A stretch of 62,959 nt of DNA from NCBI GenBank assembly GCA_036826295.1, contig DAISWO010000002.1, positions 159,294 to 222,252 of the forward strand, read 5' to 3'. Below, piece after piece: positions 48,143-57,597 of the stretch. The stretch's first letter is position 1. Every line of letters starts with the position of its first letter. A program made the position numbers and the translations under genes. A model generated the notes under the pieces. That model worked only from the letters and a program-made list of their open reading frames with translations, was not told the DNA's origin and did no database searches. Source of the stretch: Candidatus Saccharimonadota bacterium (GTDB lineage: Bacteria > Patescibacteriota > Saccharimonadia > Saccharimonadales > JAGQNJ01).

Positions 48143-49696
48143 GACTTTTAGCATTTGCTTCGCAATTCTCTTAATAACAGGGACAGTAACCGAATTACCA
48201 ACTTGTTTATATAGAGCCGAGTCAGCGATATCAGGTAGAACATAATTCTTTGGGTAGCCCTGTATTCTTAGGCATTCTTTTGGCGTTAGTTTTCTGATCC
48301 CTTTGCCGTCAAATATTATCGGTACGTTGTGTCCGCCCATCCCCATATTTGCAGTTAATGTTGGACAAACACCCTTTTTGTTTTTCCTTACATATTTTCT
48401 ACGCCACTGGTAAACTTCATTCTGCTCTGTAACATCATCCTTGATCTTTTCATATAGAGGTTTTCCATTGTAGTAATATTTTTCATCAACTTTTTTTTCA
48501 AGAATATCTTTAATGCTTTTTTCTAGTTTAATTGGGTCGGGGAACTCAAACGCTTCAGTTTTATTATGGTCTTTGAAGCCTACAATATAAATTCTCTCTC
48601 TGTTTTGAGGAACATTACCGTATTCCATGCTGTTCATAATTTTGTGTTTAATTGAATAGCCTAGATCTTTTAATGTTTCTTCAATAACTTTGAATGTATT
48701 CCCGCCATCGTGAGATTTAAGATTTTTTACGTTTTCCAATAAAAACCCTTCGGGTTTTCTTGCTTCGATAATTCTAGCTATATCAAAGAATAAATTACCT
48801 CTACCTTTTTTATCATCGAATCCGTGTCTGTATCCTGCTATCGAAAATGCCTGGCACGGAAAACCACCAAGCAGAAAATCAAATTCAGGCAAATCATCCA
48901 CTTTTATTTTGGTGATATCTTCTACAACTAATTTAGAATCCTTGAAATTCATATCATAGGTATATTTACATTTATCATCAAAGTCATTTGCGAATACTGT
49001 TTTAAATCCTTCATTTTCAAATCCAATCCTGATTCCACCAATACCTGCAAACAAATCCAATGTTCGCCACGTTTTTGTTCTCAATTGATCTTCCTTATCA
49101 TCATCTTGTTTATAATTCCTTCTTACTGACCAGACAACTCCCCTTACTTCAACTTCATTTCTGAATAAAGGCAATAGTTTTTGATTTGCTGGTTGAAGCT
49201 TAAATCTATTACCATCTCGATATAGTTTTTTGAGTGTGGCCCGATTATCATCGATTACTGCAACTACTGTTTGGCCATTTTGGGCTGATGTTTGTTTTTT
49301 TATAACCACAGTGTCGCCATCAAAAATGCCTTCGTCTATCATGCTATCGCCCTTAACCTTCAAAGCATAGAAAGTTCCTGAAGCAGGTAGTCCGGCCACT
49401 GCTACTTGCTCCTGATCAACTTCCTCGATCGCCTCAATAGGTTGCCCAGCTGTAATAGTACCTACGATTGGCACTTTGTCGCTCCTAGGACGATTGTCAG
49501 ACAGTTCGTATCCTTGGTAATTTTCAGACTTTTCTAGAAAACCTTGCCCTACTAATTTAGACAGGTGGCTATGTATTGTAGAGACTGACTTAAGACCTAG
49601 TCCCGATGATATTTCTGATAAAGTAGGGAATTCACCGTATTGATCCTTGTGCTTTTTAATAAAGTCTAAAACTTGGGTTTGTCTATTTGTGCTCAT
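48137..49696 (-). CDS. LexA repressor fused to C5-cytosine DNA methyltransferase
   Basis: Residues 1-~196: wHTH, Ala83-Gly84 cleavage site, Ser118 (GDSM), Lys156. Residues ~205-519: DLFAGIGG, GFPCQ, ENV, QNRER, GNSV. One uninterrupted frame. Confidence 0.9.
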   Translation of the reverse strand: MSTNRQTQVLDFIKKHKDQYGEFPTLSEISSGLGLKSVSTIHSHLSKLVGQGFLEKSENYQGYELSDNRPRSDKVPIVGTITAGQPIEAIEEVDQEQVAVAGLPASGTFYALKVKGDSMIDEGIFDGDTVVIKKQTSAQNGQTVVAVIDDNRATLKKLYRDGNRFKLQPANQKLLPLFRNEVEVRGVVWSVRRNYKQDDDKEDQLRTKTWRTLDLFAGIGGIRIGFENEGFKTVFANDFDDKCKYTYDMNFKDSKLVVEDITKIKVDDLPEFDFLLGGFPCQAFSIAGYRHGFDDKKGRGNLFFDIARIIEARKPEGFLLENVKNLKSHDGGNTFKVIEETLKDLGYSIKHKIMNSMEYGNVPQNRERIYIVGFKDHNKTEAFEFPDPIKLEKSIKDILEKKVDEKYYYNGKPLYEKIKDDVTEQNEVYQWRRKYVRKNKKGVCPTLTANMGMGGHNVPIIFDGKGIRKLTPKECLRIQGYPKNYVLPDIADSALYKQVGNSVTVPVIKRIAKQMLKVL

Positions 49697-49709
49697 ATTA
49701 TTAATATAT

Positions 49710-49727
49710 ACGAAAATACACGAAAAT
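49710..49727 (-). promoter_or_regulatory. direct repeat in lexA-MTase promoter (candidate operator)
   Basis: ACGAAAAT twice with 10-bp period, 13 nt upstream of the start codon. Confidence 0.45.
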
Positions 49728-49901
49728 GTAAGCTTTTCTATAATTCTATTGCTTTAGAGGAATTGAAAATAATTGCTATAGAAACAAAGAACAAGGTTTC
49801 ACAAAAACCTGAAATTTTCTTTAAGTAGTATAATTACACTCGAGGAGTACAGAAGAGCGGAGCAAATAGTTTATCAATAGCTCTAATTTACAAATTTACG
49901 T

Positions 49902-52022
49902 ATGAGAATCGATCTACACGCGCACACACAAAATTGTAAGGTTGGCGACGGAGATAAAAGGAATATCAGCCCTGAGCAATTCGTTAATAAAATGAAAAGC
50001 AACGGTGTTGGCATTTGCTCTATAACAAACCATAACAAATTCGACAATGATGAATACAAAAAAGTAATTGGTGCTGCTGGTGACTTAGTCGTGTTCCCTG
50101 GGATTGAGCTGGATGTGATGTTCGAAGGTGAAGAACGGCAAATAATCGTTGTAGCCAACCCCGAATTAGCGGATAAGTTCTACTCAGTTTTTGATGACGA
50201 ACCGGAGCGAGATCTTGATAATCACGTCCTGGAGTACGATGATTTCTTAGAAAAAGTAAATGAGTTTACTAACGACGAGATAGTAATTATTGCGCACTTC
50301 ATGAATAAAGCTAAGGGTTTCAAAGTTGAAGAAAGAAGCACCCTGTATTCTGACCTGTCTGACTATTCCCTCGTACTTGAAACAAGCAATTTACGATCTA
50401 TGGGTTTTGTAAACGGTCATATGGAAAAAATTTGCTTGATTGGCAGTGATGTAAAAGATTGGGATAAGTACAGCGGAGATGAGTTGCCAGAAATTAAATT
50501 TGGAATTGATTCCTTTGGTAAATTTTACGAACTTGCTAGTGACCCTGTAAACTTTGTTAAAAATTGTCTCGACGGCGCTCCTAAGCATGCGGTTTCTGTA
50601 GACGATGATGGCTCGTTAATAGATATATTCGAGGACGTAAATGTTATTTTTGGAGAGAAGGGCTCTGGGAAAACAGTCCTACTCAAGGATCGCATCCATC
50701 CGGGATTAAAAAGAATTGGCAAGAATACCGTGCTTCACCTCGGCGAACGATATGAAGAATACTATGAAAATATTATCAAAGATCATTCCACTGCCATTGA
50801 AATTGACTCAGAACTCCAATCGGAGATTTTGACCGAATTTGATAGCATTGTGGACTATCAAGAAGAGCCACACGATAATTTTATCAAAGACTATTTAGCA
50901 TATAAAAAGGATGATAATAAAAATAAACAAGCTAAGACAATAAATAAGAGAAATGCTTCCTTCTCAAGTGGTATTGGTGAAACCATTGAAAGACGAATCA
51001 GACAGGCTCAAAGTAACATCACGAGTATATCTGAAGTATCTGATATAAATCGTAAAATCGACAGAAGTCAGGAACTCAGAAGAGAAGCACTGGAGACAGA
51101 GCTTGTAGTCTTAAAAGAAGATGTACAAAGTAATGTGACAAGCTTCTTTAGAAATTACTTTGTTAATAACGGTACAGAAAGTTTACTTAGAGCCATTAAA
51201 GAAACAGTAAGAAAAGAAAGTGGCGTAATCTCGAAACCTACAAATATTGGCTTTTCGAAACTGGTCTCAAAGCGACTTGAAAGAACAAGATCTAACTTAT
51301 ATTTAACAAAGTCGTTAGAGGCCATAGGGCACAAGACATCTGTGCTCATTGGTGAATTACCAAAAAAAGGTAAGGTGCGTCTTGAAATTGAAATACAAGT
51401 TATGCCCCAAGGGTTTATTTGGTCTTCCGACTCTGTATTTGATAAAAATACAGTGAGAGAAAATAGAGAAATCTTAAGTAGAATCCATCAATTTTCACCC
51501 AATAATTTTCCAAACATTAATGATCACTTCAATAGTGAACATATATCGGGCGAACTTACCGGTGAAGATTTCGTAGATCAAGTAGTCAGAAAGAGTACCA
51601 AAATAAAGATTAAGAATAATGGTAGTTATCACCCCTCACCTGGAGAGAAGGCGATCCTCTCCATCACCGGTACGCTAGAATCCTACGATTATTCGTGTTA
51701 CCTTTTTGACGAGATCGAGAAAGGCTTAGGACACAAATACATAGCTGAGTACTTAATCCCACAAATCAAAAAACTCAGAGACAGGGGCAAAACTATCATA
51801 TTAACAACCCATGATGCGAACATAGCTGTTAGTACACTACCGAGCCAAACAATCTACTGTTCATATCCAGATGAAGAAATATACTATGAAGGCAACATGT
51901 ATTCAAATGAGCTAATCGGTATTAAGAGTGGCTCCAAGCTGAATTGGCTTGATGAAGCTATAGTTCACCTTGAAGGTGGTAATAAAATGTTTAGTAAACG
52001 GAGGAATATTTATGGAGCCTGA
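49902..52022 (+). CDS. PHP-domain phosphoesterase + ABC-type ATPase (Ppl-like defence protein)
   Basis: DLHAHT, TNHN, GIE, IAH, GSD; GEKGSGKT, SPGEK, LFDEIE, TTHDAN. Confidence 0.8.
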   Translation: MRIDLHAHTQNCKVGDGDKRNISPEQFVNKMKSNGVGICSITNHNKFDNDEYKKVIGAAGDLVVFPGIELDVMFEGEERQIIVVANPELADKFYSVFDDEPERDLDNHVLEYDDFLEKVNEFTNDEIVIIAHFMNKAKGFKVEERSTLYSDLSDYSLVLETSNLRSMGFVNGHMEKICLIGSDVKDWDKYSGDELPEIKFGIDSFGKFYELASDPVNFVKNCLDGAPKHAVSVDDDGSLIDIFEDVNVIFGEKGSGKTVLLKDRIHPGLKRIGKNTVLHLGERYEEYYENIIKDHSTAIEIDSELQSEILTEFDSIVDYQEEPHDNFIKDYLAYKKDDNKNKQAKTINKRNASFSSGIGETIERRIRQAQSNITSISEVSDINRKIDRSQELRREALETELVVLKEDVQSNVTSFFRNYFVNNGTESLLRAIKETVRKESGVISKPTNIGFSKLVSKRLERTRSNLYLTKSLEAIGHKTSVLIGELPKKGKVRLEIEIQVMPQGFIWSSDSVFDKNTVRENREILSRIHQFSPNNFPNINDHFNSEHISGELTGEDFVDQVVRKSTKIKIKNNGSYHPSPGEKAILSITGTLESYDYSCYLFDEIEKGLGHKYIAEYLIPQIKKLRDRGKTIILTTHDANIAVSTLPSQTIYCSYPDEEIYYEGNMYSNELIGIKSGSKLNWLDEAIVHLEGGNKMFSKRRNIYGA

Positions 52023-52368
52023 TGATGAATTAGAAACCAAGAAAATACTAGTAAAAATTAAGAGGCAGAGTCAAGGAGAGGAAGACGAAGCTGTTCAATT
52101 AGTTTTTGAAAAGATCGATGACAACAAGGATGTGGAGGTTGATTTATCAGATAGTGGCGTCGATGACATAAAGAAGCTTTTTGATTCAGTCTTTACGCTC
52201 ATAAATGACTCTAAGCAGTTATTAGAGTTTCAGCTTTCTGATGCGGAAAACGATTTATACTTTCAAGTTTCTCAGGAAGTTGTTTCACAGCTAAACACTG
52301 AAGTACAGGAATCTGAAGCTCACTTTAGAGAAATCTGGAACCTAACAGAAGAATTACAAGAAGACTGA
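52012..52368 (+). CDS. small acidic protein coupled to the PHP-ATPase
   Basis: GGAGGA SD, ATG at 52012 overlapping the upstream stop; 118 aa. Confidence 0.7.
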   Translation: MEPDDELETKKILVKIKRQSQGEEDEAVQLVFEKIDDNKDVEVDLSDSGVDDIKKLFDSVFTLINDSKQLLEFQLSDAENDLYFQVSQEVVSQLNTEVQESEAHFREIWNLTEELQED

Positions 52369-52394
52369 TTAGAAAAGTAGCTTCGCAACAGAGG

Positions 52395-52422
52395 TTAGAC
52401 CTGCTATACTGAGCAGGTCTAA
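52395..52422. terminator. hairpin after PHP-ATPase operon
   Basis: TTAGACCTGCT-N6-AGCAGGTCTAA perfect 11-bp stem; weak T tract. Confidence 0.5.
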
Positions 52423-52570
52423 ACCAATTATTGAGATATGAAAATATCTTGTTTTGAACAGATAAACCCATAAATGGGCATCCGTTCAAAAGCTATTTGG
52501 GTTTATCTCAGTAGTTGGTTTAGACACCTAGAGCGGGTGTCCTTTTATTTTCCCGCAGGAAGGATAAATA

Positions 52571-53668
52571 ATGGCAATAATAATTTCCGAAAACGGCAAG
52601 AACGCAAAGAAACTAGAATCTGCTGGCTTTGGACCAGAAGACAATCTCCAGAAGTTTATTACAGATAATCCTGAGACTGTTCCGGTATACGATATCCGTG
52701 AAGATATCCGGCTATTGATTCTGGCTCGTGAATTTCCAACTAACAGCGGACCAATAGACGCACTTGGAGTCGACCAAGACGGCACAATCTACATCATTGA
52801 GACCAAACTCTATAAAAACCCCGACAAACGCCTCGTAATAGCTCAGGCCTTAGACTATGGAGCATCAATGTGGCGACATGTTACAGATTTCGATGACTTT
52901 ACTCATAGACTAGAAGGCAAGGTACAGCAACAGTTCAACATGAGCCTGCGAGACAAATTAGAAGATTTCTTTGGCATCGATGACGAAGCCGTCTCTACGC
53001 TATTACAAAACGTTCAAGATAATCTCAGTGCTGGCAAATTCAAATTCGTAGTTTTAATGGACCAACTGCACGATCGGCTCAAAGACCTGATCGTCTTTAT
53101 TAACCAGAACAGTCAGTTTGATGTATTTGCCGTAGAACTAAAGTACTACAAACACGAAAAATATGAGATCACTATCCCTAAGCTATTTGGGGCTGAAGTT
53201 AAGAAAGATGTGGTTTCTACTAAGTCTAGTTCTGGTAAACGTCGCAAGTGGGACGAACAGTCATACTGGGAGGAAGTAGCGAACAATCTTGATGCTCAGA
53301 AAGCCAAAGCACTAAGAACCTTTTACGATTGGTCACTCGCTAAAGCTGATAAAGTTACGTGGGGTACAGGTGCTTCCAGGGGCTCTTTCAACCCAATATT
53401 CGAGCGCATATCTCCAATATCCTTCTGCTCCGTTTTTACTGATGGTTCAGTTCAAATAAGCTACGGCTATCTACCGGCAGAAGAAGATATTGAAATTCGT
53501 AAACGCTTGCGCGATACGTTGGCAAAACATGTAACTGTTCCTGAAGTTACAGACGTAAAAGATGAAGCTCTGAAATCTACCTACAAATCGATACCAGCCG
53601 AATACGTTGAAAAGAACGTAGACAAAATCATTGCGGCACTCGAAGAATTTACAGGTAAAACCCTGTAG
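52571..53668 (+). CDS. NucS/EndoMS-like PD-(D/E)xK endonuclease domain protein
   Basis: E..LQ..I, GPIDALGVD..GTIYIIETK, QALDY; separate C-terminal domain. Confidence 0.7.
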   Translation: MAIIISENGKNAKKLESAGFGPEDNLQKFITDNPETVPVYDIREDIRLLILAREFPTNSGPIDALGVDQDGTIYIIETKLYKNPDKRLVIAQALDYGASMWRHVTDFDDFTHRLEGKVQQQFNMSLRDKLEDFFGIDDEAVSTLLQNVQDNLSAGKFKFVVLMDQLHDRLKDLIVFINQNSQFDVFAVELKYYKHEKYEITIPKLFGAEVKKDVVSTKSSSGKRRKWDEQSYWEEVANNLDAQKAKALRTFYDWSLAKADKVTWGTGASRGSFNPIFERISPISFCSVFTDGSVQISYGYLPAEEDIEIRKRLRDTLAKHVTVPEVTDVKDEALKSTYKSIPAEYVEKNVDKIIAALEEFTGKTL

Positions 53669-55193
53669 ACGAACCGAAGAACTCGTCATCCGAGGCTGTC
53701 GCTACGTTGTAACGGCGACTTCTGGTGCGAGGGCTGCGATCGAAAACAGAGCCTTTTACAGGTCCCGTATGAAAGCCAGGGATATTGTTTTTCTGTTCCA
53801 TCATGTAGATGATACCTAGTGTTAAAGCATCAAGCAGATCGTCTCGTTCTACTCCGAAGCCAATAACTTGTTGCAGCAACTTTTTACAACCCTCTTGAGG
53901 GAACTGGACTGTTCCGTTAAGGATCCAAAAAGATGCTACCTGTAGGCGCTCTTCTTTATCCCGACCATTGAGTGGTATAGCTTCGGCTCGCATATTCTCT
54001 TGGCTTAACATTTCGATGATTGCTCGTTGCATACCAACATCTTCAATGTAGATATCGGCAGAGGTATGGCGTGACTTAAGCGAAACGATGTCCTTAACGG
54101 TTTCGCTGTAAAGGTTACGTTTGTTGATCGGGTAAGGGTAAACGTAGATCTTGGCATCTTTGCCGTAACCGTGTTTTTCCATTACAACAATGGCTGTATA
54201 GTCGGCGGACGTTTTCTTGGAGATTGCTAGGTCTACACAAATGGCAATGCGATATGAACCACCAACCAGTTGTGGCGGTATTGCTTCGTAGTAGGTGATG
54301 TTCTCGGGTTTAACGATCTGCATGTTGTCTGGCAAGATTTTCAGTAGGTACTCTCGGTAGTAGGCACGTTCGCTGGGGGCTTCCTTTTTTTCTCGTTCAA
54401 CAGCTTCGGGTGTTGGATACTTTCCAGGCCAGATGCATACGCCAGCATCGTTAATCAGGGGGTATTCTTTGAACACGAACCGCTCGGGTTGTCTTTCACT
54501 AAAAGCTTTCATCCGCATCATTAGTGAATCGGTGTGTAGTAGGTTTCCGATCAGTACAAACTTAGTGCTCTGATCACCAACAGGTAGTATCTCACTGGTG
54601 TACCAATCAAAGGTTTTCTCTCGACCTTCACTAGTTTTTACCGACTGTAAGTCCTCCACATCGTCAGCAATTACTAGGTCTGGACGGTGTGACCCATGAC
54701 GGGTGCCACGAATACTTTGCTCGCTAGATACAGCACTGATACGAGCACCGTATTTTGGTAACACCAGCGACATCGAACCCCATTCGTCGCTAGTTTCTTT
54801 TAGTGGCCCGAAATCATTACGTAATAATTCGTTACTGTCGAACTCTTGTTTAGCGTTGGCGAGGTGTTTTCGGGCTTGGACTTGGGTTTGGCTAGCAATC
54901 AGGGCGTATTTCTTTTCTTGTTTGCCTAGAATTGCCCACATTAGAAAGAAGGTGGTTACAATGCTACTTTTGCCACTACCTCTAAAGCTAACAATGCCGA
55001 GGTGTCGTATAGACGGATCTTCTAACATCGCATACATCTGTTGCTGAAAAGGGGCAGTTTGGTACTCAAAATAGTCCGGGAAGTAGATGTGGGCAAAGTT
55101 ATAGACGCTTTCGCGGGCTAGCTTGACGCGAACACTGCGTTTAGTTTGAATCTCTTGCCATAGCTTTGGTGAAAAGGGTGATTCGGGATTCAT
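53649..55193 (-). CDS. phage terminase large subunit
   Basis: FRGSGKSS Walker A, IRGTRH..RPDLVIADDVED, VDLA..ADYTA and RDDLLDAL nuclease aspartates. Confidence 0.88.
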   Translation of the reverse strand: MNPESPFSPKLWQEIQTKRSVRVKLARESVYNFAHIYFPDYFEYQTAPFQQQMYAMLEDPSIRHLGIVSFRGSGKSSIVTTFFLMWAILGKQEKKYALIASQTQVQARKHLANAKQEFDSNELLRNDFGPLKETSDEWGSMSLVLPKYGARISAVSSEQSIRGTRHGSHRPDLVIADDVEDLQSVKTSEGREKTFDWYTSEILPVGDQSTKFVLIGNLLHTDSLMMRMKAFSERQPERFVFKEYPLINDAGVCIWPGKYPTPEAVEREKKEAPSERAYYREYLLKILPDNMQIVKPENITYYEAIPPQLVGGSYRIAICVDLAISKKTSADYTAIVVMEKHGYGKDAKIYVYPYPINKRNLYSETVKDIVSLKSRHTSADIYIEDVGMQRAIIEMLSQENMRAEAIPLNGRDKEERLQVASFWILNGTVQFPQEGCKKLLQQVIGFGVERDDLLDALTLGIIYMMEQKNNIPGFHTGPVKGSVFDRSPRTRSRRYNVATASDDEFFGSSTGFYL

Positions 55194-55597
55194 TGCGATA
55201 CCTCGCTCTTACTAAGTAACAATCCAGCATTCTTTAGAGCCTTTTCAACTAACTCCGTCTGTTCTGTAGTTAGCTCTTCGGTTTTATGGGTAATCCGACC
55301 ATCGACTCTAATACGTGCCTCGTAGGCAGGGTGGTGGTGCTTGAGCCAAAAGATTATCGCTGTCATGTTCTGGTCTTTTATGGCTGCGATTAACTGGCTC
55401 TCGGCCATATCATTAATCCGGCCAGCACTTTCTACGATGGCTTCATCACAAGCTGTAGCAAAATCTTCATCATCCTTGCGCCACCTATAGTAGGTGGCGC
55501 GCGACATGCCTATTTGTTTGCAAACAACTTCAACAATCGGGGTTTTTTGCAGACGTTCGATCATTTCCTTCTTAGTCTTTTCTTGGTTACGACTCAT
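55190..55597 (-). CDS. putative terminase small subunit (HTH)
   Basis: CKQIGMSRATYYRWRKDDEDF, AIIFWLKHH; overlaps the terL start. Confidence 0.72.
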   Translation of the reverse strand: MSRNQEKTKKEMIERLQKTPIVEVVCKQIGMSRATYYRWRKDDEDFATACDEAIVESAGRINDMAESQLIAAIKDQNMTAIIFWLKHHHPAYEARIRVDGRITHKTEELTTEQTELVEKALKNAGLLLSKSEVSQ

Positions 55598-56919
55598 GAC
55601 AACTTCTCCCGCTTAAGACCAGTTAGTTTTTCCCAGCGTTTCATGATTACCTCCGCGTACACCGGGCTTTTCTCCATTAAATAGCAACGACGTTTGAGTA
55701 TTGTTGCTCCAATCAACGTAGACCCTGAGCCCCCAAAAGTCTCTATTACAATATCTCCCCGTTTAGTCAATACCTTTATGTAGGGAATCAGGATGGGAAC
55801 GGGCTTAGTACCGAAAATTATGCCTTGCCCGCTGTGCTTTTCATCTTCGGCTGAGTGTTCAATGAAATCAGTCGGCTGATACTTCTTGCCCTTAGCATGC
55901 GGCTCCCACTGTGGTTTACCGGAAATAGCATACAGAGCTGTTTCGTACTCCTCTTGCAGTCCGTCCGGCTCTTTATCGTGGTTGTAGGGCACTGTACCTT
56001 TTGCACCAACAACTGCAATATCGTACTTCGAAAAAAATTTGTACTTTGCAGCGAAGTTTTGATGCCTGTTGGCCAAATGCCAGACGATCATGTTTTTTAC
56101 TTTCCAGTGTTTTTCCATCTCGCCCCATATAGTCCGTAAATTTTTCCAATTTTCGTAGACTATGATGCTGAAATCTTCTTTAGCTACTTTGGCAACGTTT
56201 GCCATCCAAAGTTCGGTGAAGTTGTCTGGCAGTTCGTCAGTTTCTAGGTAGCGACGGTTGCGCTTAGCACCAAAGCCAGTTACGGCTTTTCCGTGTCGTT
56301 TAGCACCTAGATAATCCAAAATGTAGGGTGGGTCGCACAGGCAAAGTGATGCTTGTTCGCCGTTCATGAGTTTCAGAACGTCTGCTTCAACTGTGGAATC
56401 ACCAACCATAAGACGGCTATCGCCTAATTTGTAGATATCACCTTTTTTGGCGGTGATTTTCTTGATATCGAGTTTCTTTAGCTCTTTATCAAGATCGAAT
56501 GTCTCTGGCTCCACCAGATCGACGTCGAAGATGGTGTCTAGCTCTTCACTGGTGAATCCAACATCATCGAGCAGTTTTTCATCGAACTGACCAAGTAACT
56601 CCCAGTTCCATTCGCCTTGATTGCGGTTCAATCGAAGATTGAGTTCTTTTTCCTTGGCTTCGTCCGGAATGTTGATATAGACCACCGGAACTTCCTTGAA
56701 GCCCAAGTCTTTGGCTACTCTGAGCCTAAAGTGACCGCCAATCACAATGTTTTTTCGGCTCTTAGCGCTGTTTACCAAAAGTGGGTCAACTAGACCAAAG
56801 CGTTTGATACTCTCCGTTAATCCTTCTATTGCTTCTGTGCTCCAGCTACGAGGGTTGTACTTCGAGGCTTTGAGCTCACTGATCTTTATTTGTTTGATAT
56901 TTAGTTGTTCTTGAGACAT
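55594..56919 (-). CDS. ParB-like domain + N4/N6 DNA methyltransferase
   Basis: YNPR...FGLVDPL...GGHFR; CDPPY; ETFGGSGSTL. Confidence 0.88.
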   Translation of the reverse strand: MSQEQLNIKQIKISELKASKYNPRSWSTEAIEGLTESIKRFGLVDPLLVNSAKSRKNIVIGGHFRLRVAKDLGFKEVPVVYINIPDEAKEKELNLRLNRNQGEWNWELLGQFDEKLLDDVGFTSEELDTIFDVDLVEPETFDLDKELKKLDIKKITAKKGDIYKLGDSRLMVGDSTVEADVLKLMNGEQASLCLCDPPYILDYLGAKRHGKAVTGFGAKRNRRYLETDELPDNFTELWMANVAKVAKEDFSIIVYENWKNLRTIWGEMEKHWKVKNMIVWHLANRHQNFAAKYKFFSKYDIAVVGAKGTVPYNHDKEPDGLQEEYETALYAISGKPQWEPHAKGKKYQPTDFIEHSAEDEKHSGQGIIFGTKPVPILIPYIKVLTKRGDIVIETFGGSGSTLIGATILKRRCYLMEKSPVYAEVIMKRWEKLTGLKREKLS

Positions 56920-56978
56920 GGTTTTCTCCTTCCGTCTCGTGGTTTATCCCACGATACGTCCAGAGTTTTTGTTAAAAC

Positions 56979-57036
56979 AAAAAGACGACCATGAGAAATA
57001 AACCGTTAATGATTTATTTCCTTGAGTCGTCTTTTT
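56979..57036 (-). terminator. long hairpin in the leader of the ParB-MTase/terS/terL operon
   Basis: AAAAAGACGAC/GTCGTCTTTTT outer stem, GAAATAAA/TTTATTTC inner stem; followed by T-rich run on the minus strand. Confidence 0.6.
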
Positions 57037-57192
57037 AAGCAGACTTATTTATTCTCTTAGAAATTGCTGTTAATTAAATGTTCGAGCGTGTGCTCACTGA
57101 AAGAGTAACACACCTAAAACCTACAATGCAATATTACAAACTCTTGTAAACCCTAGCAAACTCTATCTGTTATTGAGCTATAATAAGACATT

Positions 57193-57549
57193 ATGAGAAC
57201 AAAATTTGGCATTCCTCAAGATCAACTAGATGAAATTGTAACTCGCGATATTGATTGCATTTACTGCCACAAAACCATGATTCTACCCTATGACGTTAAT
57301 AACCGTTCCGATTCTGCCACTATAGAGCACCTGAACCATCGAGCAGATTGGGATAGTGTTAGGGATTTCGTTAGCAATGGGAAGCAAGTACATTCAATTA
57401 TTGGGTTATGCTGCGGGGGTTGCAACTCAAGTCGAAGGGATCTGCCGCTTCTTGCTTGGTTTAACGCCGAATATTGTAAATCCAGAAAGATTGATGAAGA
57501 CACGGTGTCCGATGTGGTTCGTAGTTATATCTCAGAATACGAAAAGTAA
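57193..57549 (+). CDS. small HNH endonuclease
   Basis: CIYC...ATIEHL...CCGGCNSSR. Confidence 0.8.
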   Translation: MRTKFGIPQDQLDEIVTRDIDCIYCHKTMILPYDVNNRSDSATIEHLNHRADWDSVRDFVSNGKQVHSIIGLCCGGCNSSRRDLPLLAWFNAEYCKSRKIDEDTVSDVVRSYISEYEK

Positions 57550-57597
57550 TCCTGCTTGGAAATCTAGAAACGAACTCTGAAGATGTAAAATTAGGTT

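Noticed and set aside
53649-56919. Calling the Ser element a complete prophage
   Set aside because: No portal, capsid, tail, lysis or replication genes between the att sites.
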